Shown: one piece after another, positions 15,605-23,957 of the stretch
How positions within the stretch are numbered: the stretch's first letter is position 1
Layout: each line of letters starts with the position of its first letter
NCBI GenBank assembly: GCA_964362535.1
Contig: CAYIEN010000004.1
Coordinates: 3,571 to 62,689 of the forward strand
Length of the DNA: 59,119 nt
Source: an uncultured Methanosarcinales archaeon
Lineage (GTDB): Archaea; Nanobdellota; Nanobdellia; Woesearchaeales; ARS49
Direction of reading: 5' to 3'
Notes under the pieces: model-generated
Told to the model about the DNA's origin: nothing
Database searches by the model: none
Seen by the model: the letters and a program-made list of their open reading frames with translations, nothing else
Program-made: the position numbers and the translations under genes

Positions 15605-17507
15605 GGATGAGTATCTCCACGTCGGAGCCGAAGATGCGCTTCAAGTCGGTGAAGATTGCCGATTTCAAAAAGGTGCGGATGGGCACTTTTGCTTTTGCAA
15701 GTGCTTCTTCGAGTTCTTCGAGCGTTGCGTTGTCGATCAGGCCGAGGCTTCCGTCGCTTTTGATGTCTGCCTTTGATACTGTTCGTTGCGGTGCATCCAA
15801 ATCATGCGTGATGAATGCTTTGTCGCCCAGCAGTAAGACTTCGCCGAATTTGCTGCCGAATTTGACGCGGATGCGTGCTTTTTCTAGTTCTTTTCCGCGT
15901 TTGTGCTGCAAGTAATCAATCAAAGCTCGAATAAGCTCGGAGGATTCTTTGCGCACGATGTCAATCTCGGTCTTCGTCAATTTGCCGTCATCGTATGATT
16001 TCTTCGCACGCAACACATTGTCCAAGCTTCGGTGGAATTGTGCCGGTATTTTGCCCGAGTGTACGAGGTTGTGCTCGAATGTTTTCAAAATAGCATCATC
16101 GGAGGTTCGTTCGACCCCTTCGAGCGAAAGGATGTCTCGCACGATGGTGACGGTGTGGTCGTAGGTTTTGATGAACATTTCTTTTTCTTTGATGGCTTCG
16201 ATTTGCGTGAAGAGTTTCTTGACGCGCTTCAAATACTTGTCACAGGAGTCGTACAAGTCATCGATTTCTTTGCCCGTGATTTCTTTTTTGTCGCCGTGTT
16301 CAATGGCTTTTCGGACGTCAAGCACTTTTTGCAACGTATCAACGTCTTTGTCTTCCAAGAGTTTCTCTTTCTGCACAAAGATTTCGCGCAATACTCCGGG
16401 AGTTTCTTTTGGTGCCGGTGGAGCCACTCCGTACAGCATAAGTGCTGCCTGAGATGGAGTTAAGATGCTCCAGAAGAAGTCTTCGACGCCAATCTCCTTG
16501 AGTCGTAACTTTACGCGGTCCAAACCTTGTTCGCCTTGGCTCATGTACATGTCGATTGCTTCGGGGCTGGGCTTGATGCGTCCCATCTTTAACAACTGCT
16601 TCCAGGGCATGAAGATGCCTCGGTCGTAGAACGGGATGCCGTCGCGCAACATCGTAAAGTAAACCGCGTTCGCGTCCTTCAATCCTTCCCAGAAGTCTGT
16701 CAAGATCCAGATTTGGATGTTGATTTTGTTTTTGATGCCAGTCATATCGCCGGCGTCCATGCCCATGCCGATGATGATGCTTCGGAGCTTGTCTCGTAAT
16801 TCTGCGCGCGTCATCTTTTTGACGTCAGTATCATCGACAACAAGCCAGACGTCGATGTCGGATTGGGGCGTTGCTTTGCCGGTCACCATCGAACCAGCCA
16901 AGACGTACGCGACAACATACTTCTCAAACTTCTTCAAGACCATTTGCTTGTGGATTTCAGCCAATTTGATTGCGCCGAGCATTCCTCTGTCGAAGACAGG
17001 AGCGCACATGCCGATGACGTTCAACAGGTCGTATTTGCTGTCGTAGCAGCTTTGCCAGACTTCAGAAAGAATAACGACCTGAGGAAGTAGCTTTTCGTCA
17101 GTTTCTTTCGCATCTTTTGCAATAATTGTTGACAGCTTATCCTTGAGTTCCTGCTTGGTCATCTTCTGACTATCGGAGTCGTCAACCAAAACGAGTACGT
17201 GGACTTTGTCTTTGTTTTCTTTGAATCGTTTGATTTCTTCCGCTTGAATTTCGGGAGGGAGATTCGTTGCGGGTTCTTTTGGCGGCGGAAGTAATCCGAT
17301 GCCGACGATGTATTTGTCAAACTTTTCAAGAATCTTTTTTTGGAAGACGTCAACCTTTTCCTTAATTTGCTTCAGTTGTTCTTGTACTTCGGGCGGTAAT
17401 TGTGCGAGCGGGTCAGGCGTAGGTACAACGGGTGTTGCGTTCAGGGGTTCTTTTGCGTACGAGCCTGTTTCTTTTGTTGATTCTTTTGATGTTTTGGGTT
17501 TTGCCAT
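15597..17507 (-). CDS. Tandem minimal nucleotidyltransferase (degenerate plus intact) fused to HEPN-like domain(s)
   Basis: Internal duplication (LEKFDKYIV/LKKFEKYVV, LVDDSD..KMT..EL.DKL); second copy has GS...SDIDV; RKAIEH (Rx4H) in the following helical bundle; SD AGGAGG. Confidence 0.8.
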   Translation of the reverse strand: MAKPKTSKESTKETGSYAKEPLNATPVVPTPDPLAQLPPEVQEQLKQIKEKVDVFQKKILEKFDKYIVGIGLLPPPKEPATNLPPEIQAEEIKRFKENKDKVHVLVLVDDSDSQKMTKQELKDKLSTIIAKDAKETDEKLLPQVVILSEVWQSCYDSKYDLLNVIGMCAPVFDRGMLGAIKLAEIHKQMVLKKFEKYVVAYVLAGSMVTGKATPQSDIDVWLVVDDTDVKKMTRAELRDKLRSIIIGMGMDAGDMTGIKNKINIQIWILTDFWEGLKDANAVYFTMLRDGIPFYDRGIFMPWKQLLKMGRIKPSPEAIDMYMSQGEQGLDRVKLRLKEIGVEDFFWSILTPSQAALMLYGVAPPAPKETPGVLREIFVQKEKLLEDKDVDTLQKVLDVRKAIEHGDKKEITGKEIDDLYDSCDKYLKRVKKLFTQIEAIKEKEMFIKTYDHTVTIVRDILSLEGVERTSDDAILKTFEHNLVHSGKIPAQFHRSLDNVLRAKKSYDDGKLTKTEIDIVRKESSELIRALIDYLQHKRGKELEKARIRVKFGSKFGEVLLLGDKAFITHDLDAPQRTVSKADIKSDGSLGLIDNATLEELEEALAKAKVPIRTFLKSAIFTDLKRIFGSDVEILIHG

Positions 17508-17518
17508 GGGTTGTCCTC

Positions 17519-18259
17519 CTAACGGATAATGATTTGTTCGAGTGTGTGGGTGATGCTGGTCGTGCCCGCGCAGATGTTCATGAATGTCGTAATCGCATCG
17601 GTGCCGGTCTTGATGATGTGCAGGACAAAGTTGAACGCGACGTCGTGCAGTCCGTTTTGTGCGGGCTGGAAGTGGAACGAGTTTCGTAAGTCTGCGATGT
17701 TGTGGTCGCGGATGGTTTCCATCCAGGCGAGTGAGAACGCGAATGCTTTTGCTTCTTCATCGCGTTGGTCTCGGAGTGGTGCGGTCATGGCGTGGCCGAT
17801 TTCGTGGCCGAGCACAAGCATGACTTCTGCTAAATCTCCGTGACGGACGAACACATCAGACACAGCTTTTCCAAATCGGTTTTGGCAGAATCCTCGAATG
17901 CTGTCAGTACATCCCGGACCGAATCCTTTTGCGAAGTCTTCATCGTTGCAAATATGTACAAGAATGTCGTTGGGGAATTTTGCGCCTGTTCGTTTTTCAA
18001 ACGTTTCTTCAATCAGGGGCATGAGTTCTTCGCGGTTGTTCATCCACTTTGTTGGAATGCCGGTCAAGAAGGGTTGTGCGCTGAAGTAGGTGTGCGCTTC
18101 GCTGTGCATCGTGACAGGAGTTTCGCGGTCTTTGTGCGCGGTGTAGCTCATTGCTGAACTCAAATAGTTACCGAGCGAGCCACCCATAGAGGCATAGTTT
18201 CCGCTCGAAGAATAGCCTCCTCGGCCGTACCCTGTTCCCGCTGACATTCCGTTATACAT
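17519..18259 (-). CDS. HExxH zinc metallopeptidase, ImmA/IrrE-like, with Gly/Ser/Tyr-rich N-terminus
   Basis: LGHEIGHA followed by EEAKAFAF third-ligand helix. Confidence 0.65.
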   Translation of the reverse strand: MYNGMSAGTGYGRGGYSSSGNYASMGGSLGNYLSSAMSYTAHKDRETPVTMHSEAHTYFSAQPFLTGIPTKWMNNREELMPLIEETFEKRTGAKFPNDILVHICNDEDFAKGFGPGCTDSIRGFCQNRFGKAVSDVFVRHGDLAEVMLVLGHEIGHAMTAPLRDQRDEEAKAFAFSLAWMETIRDHNIADLRNSFHFQPAQNGLHDVAFNFVLHIIKTGTDAITTFMNICAGTTSITHTLEQIIIR

Positions 18260-18265
18260 TGGTGT

Positions 18266-18472
18266 TTATTTTCGCAACGCGTCTTCCAATTTCTTGGGTG
18301 CGGCTTTTTTGGCTTCGGATTCCAAATCTACTCCGAGCTCTTTGAGTGATTTCAAGTGTAATTGCATGAGTTGTTCGACAACGCCGAGTAATCGAATGAA
18401 TTCTTCTCGTTCTTTTGCAAGAGTCGTTAATGCTCCTTTGTGGAAGCCGATTTGTTCGTTTTTGTCAGTCAT
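18266..18472 (-). CDS. Small conserved coiled-coil protein
   Basis: EQIGFHKGALTTLAKEREE..R helical pattern; SD GGAGG. Confidence 0.75.
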   Translation of the reverse strand: MTDKNEQIGFHKGALTTLAKEREEFIRLLGVVEQLMQLHLKSLKELGVDLESEAKKAAPKKLEDALRK

Positions 18473-18617
18473 GGGAATCCTCCGGACAGAGTTGTCATAG
18501 TATGTTCTTCTAAGACTGCTATGAATTTAAGCGTAAGTGACAGAAAAGTCATAGTTTTTTGGTTGTTGATAGCTTCACTCCATAATAGATGGTAAAGTGT
18601 CATAATGTTTATAACGA

Positions 18618-19475
18618 GTGTCAAGGTTTCGCGAGGGGATGGATGCCTGGCAAGAGCCTGAGGATAGTGATGAGCAGGATGACTCGTCTGATGATGCTGA
18701 GTCTTTCGCGAAGGAATTTGATGAATTCTTGGAAGAGAGGGAGTTGGGTCTGACTGTTGATGAACATGTTTATTTGCAGAATGTCATCTTGCATGTCACC
18801 AAGGATTTTCCCGTTATGGAAGGGCTGATGGATATTGAGCACGAAACCATTAATGACAAGGTGATGCGGCTGTATATGGAAAAAGAGTCGCATCCCGAAA
18901 AAAGCACAGCGCACCAGGAATATATGAGGGCGGCTGCGGAAGAAAAATTGGTGTTGATGATGCAGTACCCGTTGTGCATGAGGCCTGATGCGTTGGATGA
19001 TCTCGGGCTCGCGCTTATTGAGTCGGGAATGGCTGACGTTGATGAAGATCGGGTGAATGTGTACTACGGGGTGTTGGAAGATTTTTTTGATTTGTGCTGT
19101 GTCACGCAGAAATACGCTTCGTTGGTGAAGTCGCTGGAGCGTGCGCTTCGTGACGGGGATATTGCTGACGCGGATAATCTGAAGGAATTATTGAGTGAGG
19201 ACATTCTTGGTTACACACGCAGCCAGCTTGGCATTCCTCTTGAGAAGGATGAATTGGTCCGCAGGCATTTGTGCGTCGCGAAGGACAACGCGCTTGAGAC
19301 CGTGCTGACATGCGCGATGGATGCGTCGCCGGAACAGCGCGATGTGTATTTGGAACGGGCGACGAGGATTCTCGAGTATGATGTGACATTCGGGTTCAAG
19401 GAGGAAGATGATGTCGACCCGGTTGATTATTCTTGGGCGAAGGAATTTGCAGAATCGTTGAAGAACACGAAATGA
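18618..19475 (+). CDS. Highly acidic helical hypothetical protein
   Basis: 285-aa D/E-rich ORF; TATA-like TTTATAA upstream; start may be the ATG at 18639. Confidence 0.65.
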   Translation: MSRFREGMDAWQEPEDSDEQDDSSDDAESFAKEFDEFLEERELGLTVDEHVYLQNVILHVTKDFPVMEGLMDIEHETINDKVMRLYMEKESHPEKSTAHQEYMRAAAEEKLVLMMQYPLCMRPDALDDLGLALIESGMADVDEDRVNVYYGVLEDFFDLCCVTQKYASLVKSLERALRDGDIADADNLKELLSEDILGYTRSQLGIPLEKDELVRRHLCVAKDNALETVLTCAMDASPEQRDVYLERATRILEYDVTFGFKEEDDVDPVDYSWAKEFAESLKNTK

Positions 19476-19476
19476 T

Positions 19477-19656
19477 TTAGATTAATTTTACTCGCTTTTC
19501 AACGCTGAGTTCTCGTCTTTTGATTTGTTCGTCGAGGTAGTTGGTGATTGTTTTGCCGTCCATTGATTTGATGTCGAGAAAGCTGTCTGCGATTTTGAAG
19601 GAGGGATTGAGTGTGAGCTCGCTTTTCTTTGCTGCGATTTTGTGCGGAGTGTTCAT
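19477..19656 (-). CDS. 59-aa small protein (not in ORF track)
   Basis: Manual translation MNTPHKIAAKKSELTLNPSFKIADSFLDIKSMDGKTITNYLDEQIKRRELSVEKRVKLI; TTTATAAA about 25 nt upstream. Confidence 0.5.
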   Translation of the reverse strand: MNTPHKIAAKKSELTLNPSFKIADSFLDIKSMDGKTITNYLDEQIKRRELSVEKRVKLI

Positions 19657-19689
19657 GTTGCGTGTTTATTGCTCGTTTGAGTTTATAAA

Positions 19690-20235
19690 TTAGAGTTTTG
19701 CTTTTTTGGCTTTGTCTGAGATGATTGCTGAGTTGCCAGTAGGGTCGGTGATGGTGAGAATGACTTTTTCTTCGCCGCAGAGAATTCGTAATATCTTTTT
19801 CAAGAGGTTTTTGGCTTTTGTTTTGTCTGCGTCGTCTTCTGCCGAGTCTCGGAGGTGTTCGACTTGTTCTTTGATGCGGTTGATGATGCCTTCAATGTTG
19901 GTGATGTATCCTTCGCTCGCGACGCCAGGGTCGATGCTGCCGATGTTTGCGATCTTGATGCTGCCTTCGCTGCTTCGCACCAAGCGCACGTTGAGGTCTT
20001 CCAGCGAGCTGATTTCGAACGTCCACTTGACGGGTTCTTTTTGTTCTGCTGCTTCGACGTCTGCTTTGCGGAATCCGCAGGCGGAGCATTGCATGGAGAA
20101 CACGAATAGCTTTCCGAAGTAGGGCACTTCTGTGTCGGCCTCGGTCATGCTTAACGTCTTTTTGCCGCAGACCGGGCATTGCTCGCCCTCTAATGTCTGG
20201 ACGTTGTTCATCTCATTGTTTTCTTTCTTTACCAC
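19690..20235 (-). CDS. zpr1: ZPR1-family zinc-finger protein
   Basis: CPVC, VPYFG, CSACGFR..DV, DLNVRLVRS, GYITNIEG, DPTGNSAI. Confidence 0.93.
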   Translation of the reverse strand: MVKKENNEMNNVQTLEGEQCPVCGKKTLSMTEADTEVPYFGKLFVFSMQCSACGFRKADVEAAEQKEPVKWTFEISSLEDLNVRLVRSSEGSIKIANIGSIDPGVASEGYITNIEGIINRIKEQVEHLRDSAEDDADKTKAKNLLKKILRILCGEEKVILTITDPTGNSAIISDKAKKAKL

Positions 20236-20311
20236 GATACGAATTCAGCGAATACCGTTTAAAAACGTTGTGGTGGAGGGGTCTTTATCAATTAATTTTC
20301 GAGATTTTTGT

Positions 20312-20398
20312 GGTGGCAACCCTGCGGCGCGACGGCTGATGCCTACTCGCCACCCCGAATGGGGCGTCCCCCGGCTCGCCGCGCGCAGGGTTGCCGTT
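20312..20398. ncRNA. GC-rich long hairpin, candidate small RNA
   Basis: Perfect 12-bp arms GGCAACCCTGCG (20315-20326) / CGCAGGGTTGCC (20384-20395) enclosing nested stems. Confidence 0.4.
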
Positions 20399-20410
20399 GA
20401 GAACTACTAA

Positions 20411-20557
20411 GACGGAGCGTAGCGAGAAATCTTCCGACATTGTGAGTGTGAGGGAACAGTTTTAAACACGATCGCGAAGCGAGCGTTTTGTTTCATCGGT
20501 TCCGGAGCACGAACAAGGAGGAATTTACTCAATTTTTAAATAAAAATTGAAGAAAAA
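20411..20557 (-). repeat. Structured intergenic repeat, copy 2 (inverted)
   Basis: Homologous to 14714-14860; contains GCGTAGC and GCGAAGC mini-hairpins on the + strand. Confidence 0.85.
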
Positions 20558-20585
20558 GAATCCGCCAGTTTTTAACGCTGGCGGA
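20550..20585 (-). terminator. Hairpin plus U-tract terminator after the minus-strand microprotein pair
   Basis: TCCGCCAG-N9-CTGGCGGA followed on the minus strand by TTCTTTTTCTT. Confidence 0.6.
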
Positions 20586-20606
20586 CCCGTCAGTGAGTGA
20601 AGACTG

Positions 20607-20690
20607 TTATCTTTTTTTCCAGGCTGCGTCGAAGCGTAGTTGGTTTTCGAGTTCTTCACGGACGAAGTTGTGGAGGTCTTCCACGTCCAT
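20607..20690 (-). CDS. 27-aa microprotein (not in ORF track)
   Basis: MDVEDLHNFVREELENQLRFDAAWKKR; starts 7 nt after the upstream stop and ends just before the terminator. Confidence 0.45.
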   Translation of the reverse strand: MDVEDLHNFVREELENQLRFDAAWKKR

Positions 20691-20697
20691 GTAGTTT

Positions 20698-20895
20698 TTA
20701 TTCATCTTCGAACCAGTCGGCTTCTGCTTTGTCGGCTGTTTGGAAGTCTTTGTCGTAGGCATGGTCGGCGGCTTCTTCGAAAGCGGCCATCGGACCTTCT
20801 TCGTCGAATTTGTCTTCGTCCATCAGGTCTGCGTCCTCGCTTATTTCGAGGTCGTGTTGTTCCTTCAGTTCGTCAGCCCATGTTTTCTTATGCAT
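20698..20895 (-). CDS. Very acidic 65-aa small protein
   Basis: Strong SD GGAGGTGG before ATG 20895; ends EADWFEDE. Confidence 0.65.
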   Translation of the reverse strand: MHKKTWADELKEQHDLEISEDADLMDEDKFDEEGPMAAFEEAADHAYDKDFQTADKAEADWFEDE

Positions 20896-21029
20896 ATAGT
20901 CCACCTCCCAAGGTAGGTATCTGCTCTACGTTTCCATTGGAAAGGCAAGGTTATATTAGTTGTCCTAATAATTTATGTAATTTATATAAAAACAGAAAGT
21001 TTATATAATTCTGCACCGTCGAGAGCATT

Positions 21030-21965
21030 ATGAAGCGTAAAATTATGCAGGTCGCGGAGTCCACGCAGCTTATTTCGTTGCCAAGAAAGTGGTGTTTGGA
21101 GCATAAGTTGAAGCGGGGCGATGAGGTTGAAGTGACTCCGAAAGGAAACACGTTGCTGGTTTCGGTTCAGGGCGATTTTGAGCATGGAAAAGCTGATGTT
21201 GATGTCTCAGACCTCGATAGAAGTTCGTTGCTCTTGCTTATCAGAGGGCTTTACAAGAAGGGGTATGACGAAATCACGCTGCGGTTTTCGAAGGCAAGTT
21301 TGGTGCATTTCAGAACGAAGAAAGAGGTCAACATCAGTAAGCTTATCCACGACGAAGTCGTGCTGTGTCCGGGGATGGAGTTGATTGAGCAGCGTTCGAA
21401 TTATTGCGTTTTGAAGGCGTTGTCGAATGCTGATCCGAAGGAGTTTGACAATCTGTTAAGGCGTATGTTTTTTCTCATCGCAGATACTTGTACGGACTTG
21501 GTTCAGGCCTGTCAAACGAATGATGCTGTTTTGTTGGGTTCCATTGAAGAAAAGCATGATAATATTACGAAGTTCACGAATCACTGCACGAGACTAATCA
21601 ATAAGCAGCAGGATAATGCGAATGCGCCTTTTGTCGCGTTGACTGTGCTGTTGCTCGAAAAATTTGTTGACTTTATGAAAAATACTGCGCGAGAGGTGAG
21701 AAGCTATCGGAAAAAGTTATCTCCTAAAACGTCGCAGATCATTGCCGAGATTTTAGGTGCATATCCGTTGTTTTATGATTTGTACTATAAGTTTTCTTTG
21801 GAGAATATCCAAAAAATAAGTCAGTTGAAGGAGACGACGCAGCAGAATATTTTGACAAATGCAAAAAAGTTGCCGAAGGAAGAACTGATGATTTTATCGG
21901 GGTTAAACGAGTCGCTGGAATTGTTCCGTACGCTTACTGAGGCTCGGATGGCTTTGGAGTACTAG
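21030..21965 (+). CDS. phoU: Archaeal phosphate-uptake regulator (AbrB/SpoVT N-terminus plus PhoU repeats)
   Basis: MKRKIMQ..ST.LISLPRKW....L..GDEV; LLRRMF; helical PhoU repeats. Confidence 0.88.
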   Translation: MKRKIMQVAESTQLISLPRKWCLEHKLKRGDEVEVTPKGNTLLVSVQGDFEHGKADVDVSDLDRSSLLLLIRGLYKKGYDEITLRFSKASLVHFRTKKEVNISKLIHDEVVLCPGMELIEQRSNYCVLKALSNADPKEFDNLLRRMFFLIADTCTDLVQACQTNDAVLLGSIEEKHDNITKFTNHCTRLINKQQDNANAPFVALTVLLLEKFVDFMKNTAREVRSYRKKLSPKTSQIIAEILGAYPLFYDLYYKFSLENIQKISQLKETTQQNILTNAKKLPKEELMILSGLNESLELFRTLTEARMALEY

Positions 21966-23847
21966 GCGCTCGGAGCGGATGGGCTTCTAGCATGCGTGGC
22001 AATTGTGTCCACGTTTCGAGTGCTCGTTCGTCGATGGGTTTGATGCGGTAAAATTTTCCGTTGGTTTTTGCGAATCCGAACGTTACTGCGTAAGGGTCTG
22101 ATTTGACACTTCGCTCGATGAGGTCGTCCCCGAGTTGGTAGAGTATGCCATCATTGAAGGCGGTCAGTGTGTCGTTTCCTTTTCCGAAAACGGTGAGTGG
22201 CAGGTATTCTTTCGAGTTATTGCGCGCGCGGGATTTGAGCCCGACGGTTTTTTCAATGAGGTCAAGAATGATTTCGCGGGGTTGCATGGATGATTCGTGA
22301 ATTTTAGGTTCCTCGAGCCAGACTCCGATGCGTCCGTAGAGACCAGAGGAAAGTTTTACTTCAAGTGACCGGAATTTTTTGAGTTCGTCGGAATGCATTT
22401 GTTTTTCCGTGCCGTATGCTTCAAGAACGGATGGGTTGATGGTGAGCGTAATTTTTTCGCGGTGGTAGTGCATGGTGAGGAAGTTGTGGGGGAGTACTTT
22501 TCGGAGGATGGTGCGCGCGTAGTCTTCGCCTTCATGTTCATGTTCCCATTCAACGATTGCTTCAAGCATGCTCTGCACTTTTGCTTGTCCTGAGACGGTG
22601 GTGTTGATTCCGTATTTGAATAGGTTTCTGTTGGCGAGGAATTGTTCGTAATTGGATTTGAGGTCGTGCAGTCGATTTTCTTTTTCTTTGAGTGAACCTT
22701 CGCGGTTGACGAGTCGTACTGCGAGGGTGTCTGGGTCTGCAAAAAAGAGTATGGGAATGGTGCTGTTTCTGCGCTGGTCGTTGAATTTGCTGATGATTGG
22801 ACTTAGTGTTTTCGGATCTGTGACGGTGAGGAGGATGTCGCGTCCACGGTCGAGCTGTTCAATGACTTGTTCTCGGATTCCGTATCGTTCGTTGTTCACG
22901 GAGTAGGTGAGAAAGTATTTCTTTCCGCGGACATTGTACGCAAAGTGTTTTTTGCTGATGAATTGTGCATGTCTTCCGGCGATTTCTTCAGGTCGCGGAA
23001 GGCGGGTCATGTCTTTTTGGACTGTTATGACTTCAGGGAACGATTCGTGCATGTGGAACACTGCTTCGCTTTTTCCTGCGGCGGTTGGTCCGGCGATGAT
23101 GTAGCATTTGCCGCGGGTGTTAAGGGTGTCTGTTCCGTGCTGGAATGTTTTTTTTACGAAGGTGTGTATGGCGTTGGAGGTGTGGTTGTCTTTTTTGATG
23201 AAGACTCCGCCTTTGGAATATGTGAATCGCGCGTCGTTTCCGTCGCCGATTCCGATGACGCTTGCGTGGGGGAAGGTTTCGATTGCGGGTTTAAGGAGCG
23301 GTTTGATGTGGTGTCCTTCGATGACGATGAAGTCAAATGGCACGCCGTGGTGTTTGTACTGGTCGAGCTGGGTGGATTTAATGTCTTGGGAATGGAGGGT
23401 GGTGACGATGCCGTCTTCGCGTTCGAATGCTTCTTTGAGGGTGCGTGGGTCGCTGGCGCTGAGGAGGAGGATGTGTGGTCGTGCGCGAAGGTTTGTTTTG
23501 AGTTGTTCGACAATTGCTGCGACGGTTTCGATTTTGCTGTCAGGGGTGAGTGTGTAGGTGCGGGGGTCATTTGTCTGGGGCACGGTGTTTGGTGATCCGA
23601 TGAGTAGGATGGTGGATTGCGGGTTTTTTTCGCGGTAGGCTTCGATGGCAAGTTTGGTGTCGAGTTCTGTTTCGCTGGCCATGCGCGCGATGACGGGTGA
23701 TCGTTTTTCGGTTTCGGAGGCATCGAGTTCGAGAACGCTTTTGAAACCGAAGCCACGTTTTTTGACTTCGTCTTGGATGATGAGTTCGATAGGGGAGACT
23801 TCAAGATGTTGTTTCAGAAATATGACTGTTGCAGGTGTTGGCACCAT
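21934..23847 (-). CDS. Multidomain protein: receiver-like N-terminal domains, guanylate-kinase/PhnN-like P-loop domain, unknown C-terminus
   Basis: IIAGPTAAGKS, DMTRLPRPEEIAG..AQFIS, RYGI, RLVNREG; N-terminal FDFIVIE..FPHASVIGI..VFIKK. Confidence 0.65.
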   Translation of the reverse strand: MVPTPATVIFLKQHLEVSPIELIIQDEVKKRGFGFKSVLELDASETEKRSPVIARMASETELDTKLAIEAYREKNPQSTILLIGSPNTVPQTNDPRTYTLTPDSKIETVAAIVEQLKTNLRARPHILLLSASDPRTLKEAFEREDGIVTTLHSQDIKSTQLDQYKHHGVPFDFIVIEGHHIKPLLKPAIETFPHASVIGIGDGNDARFTYSKGGVFIKKDNHTSNAIHTFVKKTFQHGTDTLNTRGKCYIIAGPTAAGKSEAVFHMHESFPEVITVQKDMTRLPRPEEIAGRHAQFISKKHFAYNVRGKKYFLTYSVNNERYGIREQVIEQLDRGRDILLTVTDPKTLSPIISKFNDQRRNSTIPILFFADPDTLAVRLVNREGSLKEKENRLHDLKSNYEQFLANRNLFKYGINTTVSGQAKVQSMLEAIVEWEHEHEGEDYARTILRKVLPHNFLTMHYHREKITLTINPSVLEAYGTEKQMHSDELKKFRSLEVKLSSGLYGRIGVWLEEPKIHESSMQPREIILDLIEKTVGLKSRARNNSKEYLPLTVFGKGNDTLTAFNDGILYQLGDDLIERSVKSDPYAVTFGFAKTNGKFYRIKPIDERALETWTQLPRMLEAHPLRAPSTPKPSEPQ

Positions 23848-23957
23848 AGTTCCCCAATTGTTATCATTCAGTAATAACCGTATATAAACCTATCGCGTGC
23901 TTTATTCACCAAATATCGTCGAAACCTTTTTAAATACTACTCGGGAGTGGATACTTT

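Noticed and set aside
15597-17507. CBASS CD-NTase or CCA-adding enzyme
   Set aside because: Domain size and the helical partner fit minimal NTase-HEPN; no Cap effectors or CCA-enzyme body recognised
20312-20398. 5S rRNA, SRP RNA or tRNA identity for the GC hairpin
   Set aside because: GAGTAGG recalls the 5S 3' arm, but helices II/III, SRP helix-8 motifs and a T-loop are absent
22867-23804. Long alternative-frame ORFs (242, 149 and 216 aa) over the GK-like gene
   Set aside because: Shadow ORFs from biased composition; no motifs
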